From an uncultured Gammaproteobacteria bacterium (GTDB lineage Bacteria > Pseudomonadota > Gammaproteobacteria > Xanthomonadales > Xanthomonadaceae): a stretch of DNA of 64,000 bases. The stretch spans positions 115,415-179,414 of the forward strand of contig CAVPQV010000019.1 of assembly GCA_963707625.1 (NCBI GenBank), given 5' to 3'. The notes beneath the pieces were generated by a model. The model was not told the DNA's origin. It did no database searches and saw nothing but the letters and a program-made list of their open reading frames with translations. Both the position numbers and the translations under genes were made by a program. This document shows positions 1 to 9,597 of this stretch, piece by piece (within the stretch, counting starts at the first letter, position 1; each line of letters opens with the position of its first letter).

Positions 1-977
1 GCAATGACGCCGAAGCGCAGGAGCAGGTGCTGCAGCTGCCGCGCAAGCCGCTCCGAGACGCTGGAGTAACCCAGCTGCGACTGGCCGCTGGCAAGCAGGC
101 TGGCCCAGCCATCGGTGGCAAAGAGGCGATTGAGGAACAAGGCCAGTTGCGGGCGCGGCAGGCGAAACACCGCGGCCGGCACCGACTTTGCGGCCGCGCC
201 CTGCCCCATCAGGCCGTGCCCGCGCAGCCATTCGCTGAGCGGATTCGCGGCAGCGCCGAGCGAGGCATCCGCTTCGACCGCGAGCAGCGCGCACAGCCTG
301 GCCAATTGCTCCGGGGCCGGCAGCGCCACGCCATGCCGCCACTGGCTCAGGCTCGAGGCGCCCACGCCGAGTTCGCGCGCGAGCGCCACCGCGCGTCCTC
401 GCGCCAGGCGCGGATGCGAGTCCAGGCGCGCGGCGAAATCGGCGCGTTGCGCGCTCGTGTCCTGGCGCCGGCCGCGCAGGCGCCAGGAGTCGGTGAATCC
501 CGCGCGCCGCTCGGTCTGCGTGGCCTGCATTCCGCCGAAGGCGGAAACCGCCGACTCGAAGTCGGCGACGATTTCGGGATTGGCGTTGGTGAATCGCGGC
601 GACGCGCCGGTGAGGCCGCCATCGCCGATCAGGTAGGCGAGCAGCTTCACCTCGCAGTCGCGCATCGCCTCGACGCCGAACACCGGCAGGCAGCGCGGCA
701 CGGCGACGAAATCGCCTTCGCGCAGTTCCAGCAGCGGCTTCCAGCCTGCCATGGTCAGGAAGGGATGCGGCGCGGTGGTCTCGACCCGTCGGCCCAGGCG
801 CGTGCGCACCTCGAAGGTCGGCTTCAGGCCGTCGTCGACGAAGTCGGAAGGCGCGGCGCGGCCGATCCGGTGCTGCTCGTCGAGCGTGCCCAGGCTGCCG
901 GCGCGCGCGCGCACGATCTCCTCGATGGTGGCGATGCTGCCATCGTCCTGCACGATCTCGGCATCGGCGCTCAGGCA
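1..977 (-). mobile_element. Intein with LAGLIDADG homing endonuclease in the DnaB P-loop (C-terminal splice junction outside the window)
   Basis: After ARPAMGK the expected T is replaced by CLSADAEIVQDDG (block A, Cys codon 977-975). Then block B RVETTAPHPFLT, GWKPLLELREGDFVAVP, LAGLIDADG motifs LLAYLIGDGG (~645-615) and FLNRLFATDGW (~138-106), and SVSERLARQLQHLLLRFGV (block H-like). Confidence 0.93.
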
Positions 978-1664
978 TTTGCCCATGGCCGGGCGCGCCG
1001 CCAGGATGATCAGGTCGGAGTTCTGCAGGCCCGCGGTCATCTCGTCGAGGTCGTGGAAGCCTGTGGGCAGGCCGGTGACCGAGCCCTGGTTCTCGTAGCG
1101 CTCCTGCAGCAGCTGGAAGGCCTCCTTCATCGCCTCGCGCAGCGGCACGAAGTCGGCGCGGCCGCGGCGGCCCTGCTCGGCGATGCGGAACACCTTCATT
1201 TCCGCGCCCGACAGCACCTCCTGGGAATCGCGCCCTTCCGGCTGGAAACCGTCGTTGACGATCTCGGTGCCGGCCTCGATCAGTTGCCGCATCACCGACT
1301 TCTCGCGCACGATCTCGGCGTAGGCGCGGATGTTGGCCGCGCTGGGCGTGGTGCTGGCCAGTTCGATCAGGTAGCCGGGGCCGCCGATCTGCTCGGACAG
1401 GTTGTTGGCCTCGAACCACTCGCCCAGGGTGACCGCGTCGAAGGGCTTGTTCTTCTCCGACAGCTCGCGGATGCCTCGGTAGATGAGGCGGTGGTCGCGG
1501 CGGTAGAAATCGTGCTCGGTGAGGAAATCACCGACCCGGTCGAGCGACTCGGGCGACAGCATCAGGCCGCCAATCACCGCCTGCTCCGCCTCCACCGATT
1601 GCGGCGGAACGCGCAGCGCATCCACGCTGTGTTGCGGGCGGAACGATTCGGGACGCGCAGACAT
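1..1664 (-). CDS. dnaB: Replicative DNA helicase DnaB precursor, intein-containing; 3' part runs off the window edge
   Basis: Manual minus-strand translation from ATG at 1664 gives MSARPESF...LRVPPQSVEAEQAVIGGLML...FYRRDHRLIY...VTGLPTGFHDLDEMTAGLQNSDLIILAARPAMGK. The frame stays open to position 1, so it is missing from the ORF track. It lies downstream of rplI. Confidence 0.96.
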   Translation of the reverse strand, partial: MSARPESFRPQHSVDALRVPPQSVEAEQAVIGGLMLSPESLDRVGDFLTEHDFYRRDHRLIYRGIRELSEKNKPFDAVTLGEWFEANNLSEQIGGPGYLIELASTTPSAANIRAYAEIVREKSVMRQLIEAGTEIVNDGFQPEGRDSQEVLSGAEMKVFRIAEQGRRGRADFVPLREAMKEAFQLLQERYENQGSVTGLPTGFHDLDEMTAGLQNSDLIILAARPAMGKCLSADAEIVQDDGSIATIEEIVRARAGSLGTLDEQHRIGRAAPSDFVDDGLKPTFEVRTRLGRRVETTAPHPFLTMAGWKPLLELREGDFVAVPRCLPVFGVEAMRDCEVKLLAYLIGDGGLTGASPRFTNANPEIVADFESAVSAFGGMQATQTERRAGFTDSWRLRGRRQDTSAQRADFAARLDSHPRLARGRAVALARELGVGASSLSQWRHGVALPAPEQLARLCALLAVEADASLGAAANPLSEWLRGHGLMGQGAAAKSVPAAVFRLPRPQLALFLNRLFATDGWASLLASGQSQLGYSSVSERLARQLQHLLLRFGVI

Positions 1665-1758
1665 CAGTTTCTCGTTTTACTTGCGCGCGCGAATGCGGAT
1701 GCTCGCGGCGGGGACAGCCATCGTACCGGTCGCGGCGTGGGAGCGTTGCACATAAGCC

Positions 1759-1767
1759 TGTGGATAA
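1759..1767 (-). promoter_or_regulatory. Perfect DnaA box upstream of dnaB
   Basis: tgtggataa is the reverse complement of TTATCCACA. Two degenerate copies in the same orientation flank it (1747-1755, 1772-1780). Confidence 0.7.
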
Positions 1768-1815
1768 CAGGTGTGCATCTCAGCGCCTGCGACTGGCGAC
1801 TATTTCTGCGGGCAG

Positions 1816-1846
1816 AAAAAAACCGGCCGCCTTGCGGCGGCCAGTT
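1816..1846 (-). terminator. Rho-independent terminator of rpsF-rpsR-rplI
   Basis: Minus strand reads GGCCGCC-GCAA-GGCGGCC then GG and T7, just after the rplI stop. Confidence 0.85.
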
Positions 1847-1874
1847 CTGAACGAGCGTGCTGCGTTAGCGGCTC

Positions 1875-2324
1875 TTACGCTTCCGGGACGACCGTGACCT
1901 TCACTTTCGTCTCGACGTCCGCGTGCAGGTGCACGGTGACTTCGAACTCGCCGGTGCGCCGGAAGGCGCCCTCGCTGAGGATGACTTCCGACTTTTCCAG
2001 CTTGTGGCCGGCAGCGGTAAAGGCCTCGGCGATGTCGCGCGCCCCCACCGAGCCGAACAGCTTGCCTTCGGTCGAGGCATTGGCCGGGATGGTGACTTCG
2101 GCGCCCTCGAGATCGGCCAGGCGCGCCTGCGCGGCGGCCAGCACGGCGTCGGCCTTGGCCTGGAACTCGGCGCGCTTGGTCTCGAACATGGCGACGTTGG
2201 CCGAGGTGGCCGGCACGGCCTTGCCCTGCGGAACGAGGAAGTTGCGGCCGTAGCCGGGCTTGACGACGACGGTGTCGCCGAGGCCGCCCAGGTTGATGAC
2301 CTTCTGCAGCAGGATAAGCTTCAT
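1875..2324 (-). CDS. rplI: 50S ribosomal protein L9
   Basis: [36 protein letters not shown]; GKLFGSV. Confidence 0.98.
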   Translation of the reverse strand: MKLILLQKVINLGGLGDTVVVKPGYGRNFLVPQGKAVPATSANVAMFETKRAEFQAKADAVLAAAQARLADLEGAEVTIPANASTEGKLFGSVGARDIAEAFTAAGHKLEKSEVILSEGAFRRTGEFEVTVHLHADVETKVKVTVVPEA

Positions 2325-2396
2325 TGCAATTGCTCCGTTACGTTAGCGCGGCGCGGGCATCGGCCCGCGCCACGCAACTGTGGCTGTCCGTGCGGA

Positions 2397-2627
2397 TCAG
2401 ACGTTGTGGTTGTCGGTGTACGGGATCAGGGCCAGGAAACGGGCGCGCTTGATCGCGGCCTGCAGCTGGCGCTGGTACTTGGCCTTGGTGCCGGTGATGC
2501 GGCTGGGGACGATCTTGCCGTTCTCGCTCAGGTACTGGCGCAGGGTGCCCAGGTCCTTGTAGTCGATGTAGGTGATGCCCTCGGCGGTGAACTTGCAGAA
2601 CTTGCGGCGGCGGAAGAACTTGGACAT
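2397..2627 (-). CDS. rpsR: 30S ribosomal protein S18
   Basis: [12 protein letters not shown]...IDYKD...[19 protein letters not shown]...IKRAR. Confidence 0.98.
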   Translation of the reverse strand: MSKFFRRRKFCKFTAEGITYIDYKDLGTLRQYLSENGKIVPSRITGTKAKYQRQLQAAIKRARFLALIPYTDNHNV

Positions 2628-2638
2628 GTCTGTGCTCC

Positions 2639-3034
2639 TCAGGCGGCGTCGACAGCGGCTTCAACGCCGCCTTCGGTGGATTCATCGTCGCGACGGCGAC
2701 GGTCGCCCTTCTCGTCCTTGCTCTTCAGGATCAGGCTCGGCTCGGTCTCGGCCTCGTCGCGCGAAAGCACGATGTGGCGCAGCACGGCGTCGTTGAAGCG
2801 GAAGCCGTCGGTGAGCTCGGTCAGCACCTTCTGGCCGCACTCGATGTTCATGAGCACGTAGTGGGCCTTGACCAGGTTCTCGATCGGATAGGCGAGCTGG
2901 CGGCGGCCCCAATCTTCCAGGCGGTGGATCTTGCCCTGGTCGCCTTCGATCAGCGTCTTGTAACGCTCGATCATGGCGGGCACCTGCTCGCTCTGGTCCG
3001 GATGGACCATGAACACGATTTCGTAATGACGCAT
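2639..3034 (-). CDS. rpsF: 30S ribosomal protein S6
   Basis: [19 protein letters not shown]...[12 protein letters not shown]. Confidence 0.98.
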   Translation of the reverse strand: MRHYEIVFMVHPDQSEQVPAMIERYKTLIEGDQGKIHRLEDWGRRQLAYPIENLVKAHYVLMNIECGQKVLTELTDGFRFNDAVLRHIVLSRDEAETEPSLILKSKDEKGDRRRRDDESTEGGVEAAVDAA

Positions 3035-3039
3035 GGATG

Positions 3040-3155
3040 TTCCTCATGACTTGTGGATGCGGCCCTCGCGGGCCTGGCAGCCCCCGGCCATACCGTCGCA
3101 GCGGTGCCGTGGAGCAAGTAACCCCGGACCTCAGCCCGGGGAGCCGCGCATTATG
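3040..3155 (-). promoter_or_regulatory. rpsF promoter (-10 CATAAT at 3155-3150) and putative S6:S18 autoregulatory leader
   Basis: An extended -10-like TGGCATAAT is followed by a structured ~110 nt 5' UTR. Assignment is by position and resemblance only. Confidence 0.45.
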
Positions 3156-3189
3156 CCAGTAAAATCCGGCACTTGGCTAGCAGGGCGGC

Positions 3190-3528
3190 TCAGGCGGCCT
3201 GGTCGGCGGTGGTGAAGCTCTCGCCGCAGCCGCATTCGGCGGCCATGCGCGGGTTGCGGAACACGAACTGGCGGTTCAGCCCGTTGCGCACGAAATCGAT
3301 CTCGGTGCCCTCGACCTGGGCCAGGCTGGCGGCGTCCACGAGCACCGACACGCCGTCCTGATCGAAGCGGGTGTCGTCTTCCGCGGCCTGCGTGGCGATG
3401 TCCACCACGTACGACCAGCCGGAGCAGCCGCTGCGCCTGACGCCGAAGCGCAGGCCGATGCCGCCCGGGGTCTCGGCCAGGTACTGGCGGACGCGTTCGA
3501 CGGCGGTGGGAGTGAGCGTGATTGCCAT
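3190..3528 (-). CDS. iscA: HesB/IscA-family Fe-S cluster assembly accessory protein
   Basis: [13 protein letters not shown]...RSGCSGWSY...[14 protein letters not shown]. Confidence 0.9.
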   Translation of the reverse strand: MAITLTPTAVERVRQYLAETPGGIGLRFGVRRSGCSGWSYVVDIATQAAEDDTRFDQDGVSVLVDAASLAQVEGTEIDFVRNGLNRQFVFRNPRMAAECGCGESFTTADQAA

Positions 3529-3618
3529 GCCTGCCAGTATATCGCCGATGCCCGCAGTCGCCGGCAACGGTTAAACTCGCGGTTCATATCTGGGCCGAAT
3601 CGGCAGGGAATCCAAGGC

Positions 3619-5019
<1,401 letters not shown>

Positions 5020-5049
5020 TGGGCGCCGGCCGGATGGGTCGCGACTGAG

Positions 5050-5340
5050 ATGGAGACGGCGCTGTTGTTCCTGTTCCTCGGCCTGGCCGGCTCCGCCGGG
5101 CCGGCGCACTTCGGCATGCGCGTGCTTTCGCACCGGCAGCAACTCGACCGGCACCTGGCCTTCGCGCCCGGCACCGAGGACGGCGGCCTGTCCTACAGCT
5201 GGTGGCTGATGCGCTTTGGACACCAGTCGCTGGGCGATGCCGCCCTGCGCCAGTTCGGCAATATCGCCGGGGTGATGGGCTGGATTACGCTGCTCGGCAT
5301 CGCCGGCAGCACGGCGGCGATTGCCGCGAGGAGTTTCTGA
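5050..5340 (+). CDS. Small hypothetical membrane protein (two hydrophobic segments)
   Basis: 96 aa with host-like codon usage; its stop overlaps the next start (TGATG). Confidence 0.75.
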   Translation: METALLFLFLGLAGSAGPAHFGMRVLSHRQQLDRHLAFAPGTEDGGLSYSWWLMRFGHQSLGDAALRQFGNIAGVMGWITLLGIAGSTAAIAARSF

Positions 5341-5687
5341 TGGCGCACGACCAGGACCTGTACGCGGGCTACGACATGCCCGAGTACGAGAGCGAGCAGT
5401 GGTGGCTGGCGACCCCGGGCGACCTGCTGGTGTGGGCACGGCTGCGGGTGCTGGAGAGCGGCGTCGCGCAGGTCTTCGACAGCCGCGGCGAGACGCTGGT
5501 GTACGAAAGCGAAGACGTCGCCCGCGCCGCGCTGATGGACGCGGATTTCCGCTCCCTCGACGGCATGGACGACGAGGACGCGGTAGCGACGACCGGCATG
5601 CTGGTGGAAGACCTGCAGCCGCCGCAGGGCGAAAGCGACGAGGACCTGCTGCCGCACATGATCCGTACGCTGGGCCCGCGCCACTGA
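5340..5687 (+). CDS. Acidic hypothetical protein (~115 aa)
   Basis: MAHDQDLYAGYDMPEYESEQWWLATPGDLLVWARLRV...; GAGGAG RBS; translationally coupled to the previous ORF. Confidence 0.75.
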   Translation: MAHDQDLYAGYDMPEYESEQWWLATPGDLLVWARLRVLESGVAQVFDSRGETLVYESEDVARAALMDADFRSLDGMDDEDAVATTGMLVEDLQPPQGESDEDLLPHMIRTLGPRH

Positions 5688-5715
5688 GCTTGCTTCACCA
5701 ACCGGAGGGAACCGA

Positions 5716-6504
5716 ATGAACCACTCGCTGGCGGACAGGCAGGCGCTGGTATGCGGGGCCTCCGAAGGCATCGGACGCGCCAGCGCGATCGCACTGGCGG
5801 AGCTGGGCGCCAGCGTGACGGTGCTGGCGCGCCGCCAGGTCAAGCTGCAGGAACTGGTGGACGCCCTGCCGCGCCCGAATGCCCGCCAGCAGCATGCCTT
5901 CATCACCGCGGACGTCGGCGATGCCGAAGCCCTGCGCGCCAAGCTCGACGCGCACGTGGCGGCGCGGCCGGTGCACATCCTGGTCAACAACACCGCCGGT
6001 CCGCCGGGCGGGCCCGCGCATGCGGCCGCGCCGGAGGACTTCCTGGCCGTGTTCCGCCAACATCTGGTTGCGAACCAGATCCTGGTGCAAAGCGTGCTGC
6101 CGGGCATGCGCATCGCGAAATGGGGACGCATCGTCAACATCATCTCCACCTCGGTGAAGGAACCGATCGCCAACCTCGGCGTATCCAACACCGTGCGCGG
6201 CGCGGTCGCCAGCTGGGCGAAGACGCTGGCGAGCGAACTGGGCGCGGATGGCATCACCGTCAACAACGTGCTGCCCGGCTACACGCGCACGCAGCGCCTG
6301 GAGCAGATCCTGGGCGAACGCGCGCAGGCCAGCGGCAGGGACGTGCAGGCGATCGCCGCGGGCATGCTGGCCACCGTGCCGGCGGGGCGCTTCGCCGAGG
6401 CCAGCGAGATCGCCGCCGCGGTCGCCTTCCTGTGCACGCCGGACGCGGCCTACATCAACGGCATCAATCTGCCGGTGGACGGCGGACGGACGCGCTCGCT
6501 GTGA
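5716..6504 (+). CDS. SDR-family oxidoreductase
   Basis: CGASEGIG, ILVNN, NNVLPG, VDGG. Confidence 0.9.
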   Translation: MNHSLADRQALVCGASEGIGRASAIALAELGASVTVLARRQVKLQELVDALPRPNARQQHAFITADVGDAEALRAKLDAHVAARPVHILVNNTAGPPGGPAHAAAPEDFLAVFRQHLVANQILVQSVLPGMRIAKWGRIVNIISTSVKEPIANLGVSNTVRGAVASWAKTLASELGADGITVNNVLPGYTRTQRLEQILGERAQASGRDVQAIAAGMLATVPAGRFAEASEIAAAVAFLCTPDAAYINGINLPVDGGRTRSL

Positions 6505-7955
6505 GTACCGCGCCGCTGACGCTGGCGAACCTGGTCAACGGGCGCGCGGCCGCGGCCGCCGGCGAGCGCTGGCTGGAGGTGTTCGAACCGGCGACCGGCG
6601 CGCTGCTCGCACGCTGTCCCGCCAGCGATGCCGCCGACGTCGAGGCCGCGGTCGCGGCGGCGCGCCAGGCCTTCCCCGCCTGGTCGGCGCTGCCGGCGAG
6701 CGCGCGCGCGCGCTGGCTCAACCGGCTGGCCGACGCGCTGGAAGCGCGGCTGGACGAGTTCGCCGCCGCCGAGTCTCGCGATGGCGGCAAACCATTGGCG
6801 CTCGCGCGCGAGGTCGAGATCCCGCGCGCGGTGAGCAACCTGCGCTTCTTCGCCGCCGCCGCGATGTCCTTCGCCAGCGAGTCGCACCAGGGCGAGGCCG
6901 GGCTCAACATCACCCTGCGCCAGCCGCTGGGCGTGGTTGGCTGCATCAGTCCCTGGAACCTGCCGCTGTACCTGTTCACGTGGAAAGTCGCGCCCGCGCT
7001 CGCGGCCGGCAACTGCGTGGTCGCCAAGCCCAGCGAAGTGACGCCGGTCAGCGCCTGGATGCTCGGCGAGCTGGCGATCGAAATCGGTTTTCCCGCCGGC
7101 GTGTTCAACATCCTGCAGGGACGCGGCGCGGAGGTGGGCGAGGCGCTGGTGCAGCATCCCGGGATCAAAGCGATCAGCTTCACCGGCAGCACCGCGGTCG
7201 GCCGCGCAATCGCGCGCCACTGCGCGGATACGCTGAAGAAGGCATCGCTGGAACTGGGCGGGAAGAACCCGACGCTGGTTTTCCACGACGCGCCGCGGGT
7301 CGGCCTGCTGGACCTGGTCGCGCGTTCGGCCTTCCAGAATTCCGGACAGATCTGCCTGTGCGGTTCGCGCATCCTGATCGAGCGCCAGTACTACGAGGAA
7401 TTCCGTGACGCCTTCGTCGAACGCACGCGCCAGCTGCGCGTCGGCGATCCGCTGGATCCGGCCACGCACATGGGGCCGGTGGTGTCGAAGGCGCATTTCG
7501 ACAAGGTCATGGGCCATATCGAGCTGGCGAAGGCCGAGGGCGGCCGGATCCTGTGCGGTGGCAACGCCGTGCAACCGCCGGGCCGCTGCGAGCACGGCTG
7601 GTTCATCGCACCGACCGTCATCGAGGGCCTCGGGCCCTACACGCGCACCAACAGCGAGGAAATCTTCGGGCCGGTGGTGACGCTGCAGCCCTTCGACGAC
7701 GAGGAAGACGCACTCGCGCTGGCCAATGCCTCGTCCTATGGCCTCGCCGCCAGCATCTTCACCTCCGACCTGCGCCGCGCGCACCGGCTGGCCGCGGGCA
7801 TCGACGCCGGCATCGTCTGGATCAACACCTGGCTGGAGCGCGACCTGCGCACGCCCTTTGGCGGCATGAAACAATCGGGCCTGGGCCGCGAAGGCGGCCA
7901 GGAAGCACTGCGCTTCTTCACCGAAGCCAGGAACGTCTGCATCAACCTCGGGTGA
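6501..7955 (+). CDS. Aldehyde dehydrogenase, probable 2-aminomuconate semialdehyde dehydrogenase
   Basis: GTG start overlaps the SDR stop; PWNLP, FTGST, LELGGKNP, GQICLCGSR, EEIFGPV; kynurenine operon context. Confidence 0.88.
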   Translation: MSTAPLTLANLVNGRAAAAAGERWLEVFEPATGALLARCPASDAADVEAAVAAARQAFPAWSALPASARARWLNRLADALEARLDEFAAAESRDGGKPLALAREVEIPRAVSNLRFFAAAAMSFASESHQGEAGLNITLRQPLGVVGCISPWNLPLYLFTWKVAPALAAGNCVVAKPSEVTPVSAWMLGELAIEIGFPAGVFNILQGRGAEVGEALVQHPGIKAISFTGSTAVGRAIARHCADTLKKASLELGGKNPTLVFHDAPRVGLLDLVARSAFQNSGQICLCGSRILIERQYYEEFRDAFVERTRQLRVGDPLDPATHMGPVVSKAHFDKVMGHIELAKAEGGRILCGGNAVQPPGRCEHGWFIAPTVIEGLGPYTRTNSEEIFGPVVTLQPFDDEEDALALANASSYGLAASIFTSDLRRAHRLAAGIDAGIVWINTWLERDLRTPFGGMKQSGLGREGGQEALRFFTEARNVCINLG

Positions 7956-7959
7956 GCCG

Positions 7960-8619
7960 ATGACCGATCTGCGCGAGCTGCTGGAACGCAACCGAGCCTG
8001 GGCCGAGCGCGTGCTCAGGGAAGATCCGGACTTCTTCGAGCGCCTGTCCACCCAGCAGGCGCCGAAGTACCTGTGGATCGGCTGTTCCGATTCGCGCGTG
8101 CCGGCGAACCAGATCATGGGCCTGGCGCCCGGCGAAGTGTTTGTGCACCGGAACGTCGCCAACGTGGTCGTGCATACCGACCTCAACTGCCTGTCGGCGA
8201 TCCAGTTCGCGGTGGACCTGCTCAAGGTCGAGCACATCCTGGTGGTCGGCCATTACGGCTGCAGCGGCGTGCACGCGAGCATGACCGGCACCCGCGTCGG
8301 CCTGGCCGACAACTGGCTGCGCCATGTCGGCGATGTTGCCAACAAGCACGCGCCCCTGCTGCAGGGCCTCGAACTCGAATCGCTGCGCCACGCGCGCCTG
8401 TGCGAGCTCAACGTCATCGAGCAGGTGGAGAACCTGTGCCAGACCACCATCCTCGAAGATGCCTGGGCGCGCGGCCAGCAGGTCTCGGTGCACGGCTGGG
8501 TATACAGCCTGCTCGACGGCCGCGTGCGCGAACTGGGCATGGATGTGTCCGGCTCGCAGCAGCTCGGCGCGATCTATGCCGAGGCGGTGGCGCGGGTCGG
8601 CCGCCGGACCGCCGAGTGA
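7960..8619 (+). CDS. can: Beta-class carbonic anhydrase
   Basis: WIGCSDSRVP, HRNVAN, GHYGC. Confidence 0.95.
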   Translation: MTDLRELLERNRAWAERVLREDPDFFERLSTQQAPKYLWIGCSDSRVPANQIMGLAPGEVFVHRNVANVVVHTDLNCLSAIQFAVDLLKVEHILVVGHYGCSGVHASMTGTRVGLADNWLRHVGDVANKHAPLLQGLELESLRHARLCELNVIEQVENLCQTTILEDAWARGQQVSVHGWVYSLLDGRVRELGMDVSGSQQLGAIYAEAVARVGRRTAE

Positions 8620-9047
8620 GCGGCTCGATCCACGCCACCAGCGCCCCGAAAGCCGTCGGCCGCTATCCGCACGCGCGCCGGGTCGGCAACCTGCTGTTCC
8701 TGTCGGGCATCGGCCCACGCGACGCGCGCGACGATTCCATTCCCGGCAACCGTGTCGGTGCCGACGGCAGGCTGGCGAGCTACGACATCGTCGCGCAGTG
8801 CCACTCGGTGTTCGCCAACGTGCGCGCGGTGCTGGAAGCCAGCGGCGCACGCTGGCAGGACCTGGTGGACGTCACCGTCTACCTCACCGACATGGCGCGC
8901 GACTTCCCCGCCTACAACGCGGTGTGGGCGGAGTACTTCCCCGACGCGGCGAGCGCGCCCTGCCGCACCACCCTGGGCATCACCGCGCTGCCCACGCCGA
9001 TCGCGATCGAACTCAAGTGCCTGGCCGTTTTCCCCGAGGACCGCTGA
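8616..9047 (+). CDS. RidA-family protein, probable 2-aminomuconate deaminase
   Basis: GTG at 8616; [22 protein letters not shown]...PCRTT...[10 protein letters not shown]. Confidence 0.88.
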   Translation: MSGSIHATSAPKAVGRYPHARRVGNLLFLSGIGPRDARDDSIPGNRVGADGRLASYDIVAQCHSVFANVRAVLEASGARWQDLVDVTVYLTDMARDFPAYNAVWAEYFPDAASAPCRTTLGITALPTPIAIELKCLAVFPEDR

Positions 9048-9048
9048 C

Positions 9049-9582
9049 ATGCTCGCGCCCGCCTTCAACCTGCAAGCCTGGATCGAGGAACACCGACACC
9101 TGCTCAAGCCGCCAGTCGGCAACAAATGCATTGTGGACGGCGACTTCATCGTGATGATCGTCGGCGGCCCGAACTCGCGCAGCGACTACCACTGGGACGA
9201 AGGCCCGGAGTTCTTCTACCAGCTCGAGGGCCAGGCCATGCTGCGCGTGCAGGAAGATGGGCGCATGCGCGAAATCACCATCGGCCCGGGCGAGGTCTTC
9301 TACCTGCCGCCGCGGGTGGCGCATTCGCCACAGCGGGCCGCCGGTTCGGTCGGGCTGGTGATCGAGCGCAAGCGCCTGCCGGGCGAGCGCGACGGCCTGA
9401 TCTGGTTCTGCGAGCGCTGCAACCACAAGCTGTACGAGGAGTTCTTCCCGCTCGGCAGCATCGAGTCCGACTTCCCGCCGGTGTTCGAGCGCTTCTACGC
9501 CTCCGAGGAGTTGCGCCGCTGCGGCGTGTGCGGGCTGCTCAATCCGCGCCCCGCCCATTACGAAGCCGCCCCCGGGCCTTAG
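9049..9582 (+). CDS. nbaC: 3-hydroxyanthranilate 3,4-dioxygenase
   Basis: [38 protein letters not shown], two CxxC pairs. Confidence 0.95.
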   Translation: MLAPAFNLQAWIEEHRHLLKPPVGNKCIVDGDFIVMIVGGPNSRSDYHWDEGPEFFYQLEGQAMLRVQEDGRMREITIGPGEVFYLPPRVAHSPQRAAGSVGLVIERKRLPGERDGLIWFCERCNHKLYEEFFPLGSIESDFPPVFERFYASEELRRCGVCGLLNPRPAHYEAAPGP

Positions 9583-9597
9583 CCCGCGGGCCCACGC

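Noticed and set aside
27-1850. 607-aa plus-strand ORF and many similar long antisense ORFs (e.g. 3571-5439, 6450-8237, 32828-34606, 34765-37050)
   Set aside because: These are shadow frames opposite recognisable genes in high-GC DNA, with no family motifs.
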